NCBI GenBank assembly: GCA_019057475.1
Contig: DXJO01000050.1
Coordinates: 1-19,972, forward strand
From: Candidatus Thorarchaeota archaeon
GTDB taxonomy: Archaea; Asgardarchaeota; Thorarchaeia; Thorarchaeales; Thorarchaeaceae
Direction: 5' to 3'
DNA length: 19,972 nt
Of this stretch, positions 17,309-19,972 are shown in pieces (position 1 is the first letter of the stretch; every line of letters begins with the position of its first letter). A program made the position numbers and the translations under genes. The notes beneath the pieces were generated by a model. That model had not been told where the DNA came from. It ran no database searches and saw nothing but the letters and a program-made list of their open reading frames with translations.

Positions 17309-17767
17309 CCTCCTTACCAAGGGGACCATGAACCTTGGATCACCTCCGGGCTTGCCTCTGACCCGAATCGCATGGACCAACAGAGTGTCAGTATCCACAG
17401 CGTTGTGCAGCGCGTGGAAACGCCTTCTCCGGGTCTTCTTGAACCTCACAGAGAACCACTCTCCACCGGTGGAGTGAGAAAACCCTGTCGAGTCCACGGC
17501 CAGGTTCTCTGGAGGAGGTCTCTTCCTGGCAAGGAGTTCGTACATTCTGTGAAGGAGTTGAGTGTCGATTCTCCGCAGGGCCTTGTAGAGAGAGGAGTAG
17601 CTTAGCGTTCTATCAAGGCCAAGACGATGTGACAGATATGGATTGAAGTCTACAAAAGCGACGAAGTCACGATAGCTGAGTCCCATGTCGAACTTGAGTC
17701 CAAGAAGGACGAAGAGAGCGGACGAGAAGCCATCTACTGACGAGCGTATGGATTGGAGATGGATCAC
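17309..17767 (-). mobile_element. IS5-family transposase, N-terminal/middle remnant (copy C)
   Basis: LGLKFDMGLSYRDF...LAVDSTGFSHSTGGEWFSVRFKKTRRRRFHALHNAVDTDTLL...DPRFMVPLVRR. Homology to copy A ends at about 17309. No terminal repeat seen. Confidence 0.85.
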
Positions 17768-17776
17768 TAACTATGG

Positions 17777-18229
17777 CTATGCCTGTCGCTTCACAATCAT
17801 GACTACCCATCCATCGATTACATGGTGGGCCTCGATATACCCCTCGATTTCCAACGTCGTGATGAAATTCTCAAACTTGACCTTGTCATGTTTCACGAGG
17901 AAGAGATAGAGATCCGCTCGAGGATGTCCTTTGAAGGCCTTTCGTAGATAGCTGTAGTCCGCTGTCGTCGATGCTTTCAGCTCTATGCCTAGCTCAGTGC
18001 CCTCGTCACTTATCTTTACAATCATGTCGCAATCACGGGCCACTTTATCCTTCATCACTACGTCGTATCCTTGATTCCTTAACGAAACAATAAGCTCGGT
18101 CTGAAGCCAGCCCTCCAGACCTATGTTGTTATACGGCGGGTCGCTTAGCACTTCAAATGCTTGTCGCCTACCTGAGAGCACTCCTTTTGCTGCATCAAGC
18201 ATTAAAAGCTCGAACTTCTTCAGTGTCAT
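17777..18229 (-). CDS. Putative PD-(D/E)XK-superfamily nuclease
   Basis: LEGWLQTEL (helix 1 Glu), CDMIV (Asp) and GIELKAS (ExK). Probable start is ATG 18229; the ORF track extends to 18292. Confidence 0.65.
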   Translation of the reverse strand: MTLKKFELLMLDAAKGVLSGRRQAFEVLSDPPYNNIGLEGWLQTELIVSLRNQGYDVVMKDKVARDCDMIVKISDEGTELGIELKASTTADYSYLRKAFKGHPRADLYLFLVKHDKVKFENFITTLEIEGYIEAHHVIDGWVVMIVKRQA

Positions 18230-18395
18230 AGAAAGCCACAAGCTAATGGGTAGATATTGTACCTTTCTGAGGCGATGCAGTGGACAAGCCATTACATAAC
18301 TAAGCCCAGAGTATTACAGGCCGTACCGATGTCCAATCATGAACTCCCGACACTTCGAGGGGTTTCAGGTCTGATTGATTGGAAATCGTGGGGAT

Positions 18396-18932
18396 TCATC
18401 TTAGGAAGGCATAATAATGATCCGTTTCCTCGGTCTTCTTTGTTGCTTTGAAGACTTCTGTTTCCATCTTCTTCGAAACAACATGTCCCTCCATGGTGAT
18501 CAGCCCGGTTTCAAAGAAAGATGCATCCAATATCGCCAGAACTTCAGTTTCGTCTGTCCACGAATTGCTGCTCTTCTCAAGCTTCTTGAGAAACCGCTCC
18601 CAGAGTTCCTTTGTGTTGGGGTACACAATGGCGATGATGTCCTCACACACTGATTCGCTAATTTTCCTAATTGTGTCGTCGAGCGCCGCCCAAGATCCTT
18701 TGTTCTCATGCTCTACATGTAGCCAAGGAGTCTTGTCGTCGCCTCTCCGGAACCAGCTAAGGTCATATTTATTCCATTCATACTCAGATCTCGCGCCCAA
18801 CATCGCTCCCAGCTGGTCATAGAATCCGAGTATCCGATTTGTCCATCTTGTCCAGTTGGCATCTGGTTCAATTCGGAATGAATGATAGTTTCTCACAAAC
18901 CCGTAGAAGAAATCCTTCATAGTGACCTCCAT
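18396..18932 (-). CDS. Putative PD-(D/E)XK-like nuclease, ExE variant
   Basis: EYEWNKYDLSWF...LHVEHEN motif. A GGTGA Shine-Dalgarno-like motif precedes ATG 18932. Confidence 0.55.
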   Translation of the reverse strand: MEVTMKDFFYGFVRNYHSFRIEPDANWTRWTNRILGFYDQLGAMLGARSEYEWNKYDLSWFRRGDDKTPWLHVEHENKGSWAALDDTIRKISESVCEDIIAIVYPNTKELWERFLKKLEKSSNSWTDETEVLAILDASFFETGLITMEGHVVSKKMETEVFKATKKTEETDHYYAFLR

Positions 18933-19344
18933 AGTATCACCTAATATCAGACTGGAACAGACTTCCATATATCACATCCGCTCATCGGTGAAGAGGTGAG
19001 AATGGTTTGAGCACTATTCTTGTTTGCGGGAGGAATTGTCCGACACCTACATCGAATTGCCTGCTGTGAATAATTATTGTCATGCATACAGTACAATCGG
19101 TAATTGTAGGAATCGCTTTCTATGAGCACAAAAGGCTGAATCGCAACACCCCTTGGAAATGAAAATCCATGCGGGAGTAGCGTTCACAAAGCGCGTTTCC
19201 ACAACCCTTGGACTTTCATCGATGACCAGCACTCTCAGAAAAAGAGCAGTAGGATTCTCCTGCCCGTCCGCGATACAGGTTATGCAAGTCAGGATCAATC
19301 ATGCCACGCGAAGATTGAGAATCAATCAGGATGAATGAAAATAG

Positions 19345-19972
19345 AGGGAAGTTGAAGCCCTTGCCCTTCATGTCGCCTCTAATCATGACCTCCATGAACG
19401 CGTTGAAGAACTGGTTTGCCTCATCTTCAAAGTCCCCGTAGGTCTGCTCTGTGAGTTTGCCGCCAAGCAAGACCGCAGGAACATCCCTCATTATCTTGGG
19501 AATCCCCGGTGTGAGGTCAACGCTTGAGAAGATTACTTGACCACCTCGGGCTACGTACTGCTGGGTGAGCGTGAATATCAGCTGTTGTGCGGCCTGCTTG
19601 ATCTTCTTGTAAGGGAGGCTCTTCATATACGGGGCGAGGAAGGTGTTGAAGTAGAATAGGCCTTGGCCGCCAGCAAGCGAACTCTGAGCCGCGGCCAACC
19701 ATATCGCGGCATGATTGACGGCCACAGGAAGGTGCTGGGCGGGTCCTGCAGCGCTGGAGTGCATTCCACTGAGTCCATCTGGTGCAATTCCTAGGAGGAG
19801 GATCTGTCTGAGGTCCTAAGTCGCGCAGTAATCGCGCGTTGAGAAGTACTCGCGGTCCTTGATGTAGATATCACCCTTCACGTGCGCGTCAGCCAGGTGC
19901 ATAGGAATGGAGAGGTATGTGTGCTGTCCCATCACCTGATCGTGGAGGAGCTTGGCGATTGTTTCGGGGTTC
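19345..19972 (-). pseudogene. nrdD: Class III (anaerobic) ribonucleoside-triphosphate reductase, with an in-frame TAG and 3' truncation (runs in from the right edge)
   Basis: NPETIAKL...ADAHVKGDIYIKDREYFSTRDYCAT*DLR...AGGQGLFYFNTFLAPY...ARGGQVIFSSVDL...GDMKGKGFNFP. TAG at 19816-19818. Similarity is lost after FNFP (19345) and the frame closes at 19216. Confidence 0.88.

Noticed and set aside
19059-19108. CTGTGAATAA similarity to the IS end and a TACAAT-N5-ATTGTA palindrome
   Set aside because: Both are too short, and the IS-end match lacks the terminal GGC; compatible with chance.
19216-19344. Intein insertion in nrdD
   Set aside because: No Cys/Ser-initiated intein block follows FNFP, and the frame closes after about 42 codons.
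1-19972. CRISPR array or rRNA
   Set aside because: No regularly spaced repeats or rRNA-like sequence were seen. The only long repeats are the IS remnants.

Overview
Mosaic defence-island-like region, most likely archaeal. The Ig/TM/zinc-ribbon membrane protein, the style of the PAS kinase and the nrdD sequence suggest an Asgard (Thorarchaeia-like) host; this is inference. Left to right: (1) the 3' end of a small zinc-finger gene; (2) a tightly coupled, AT-rich four-gene operon encoding a MORC-like GHKL ATPase, a degenerate methyltransferase-fold protein, a HEPN-like protein and an alpha-class N6-adenine DNA methyltransferase, with no recognisable restriction endonuclease. This operon is the best candidate for an undescribed defence system. 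(3) A host-like block with an Ig-domain membrane protein, a small ORF and a PAS histidine kinase whose GAF domain is frameshifted and truncated; (4) a wHTH-PD-(D/E)XK nuclease split at a G_GGA_AAA heptamer; (5) a type IIG restriction-modification fusion between two IS5-family (IS903-like end) remnants; (6) a ~3.5 kb block (HEPN-like gene plus a divergent wHTH / RHH-HEPN-like pair) lying between two nearly complementary transposase halves; (7) two tandem PD-(D/E)XK-like genes; (8) a class III ribonucleotide reductase (nrdD) with an in-frame TAG and a 3' truncation. No CRISPR array, tRNA or rRNA was seen. All family calls are from motif reading by eye, not database searches.
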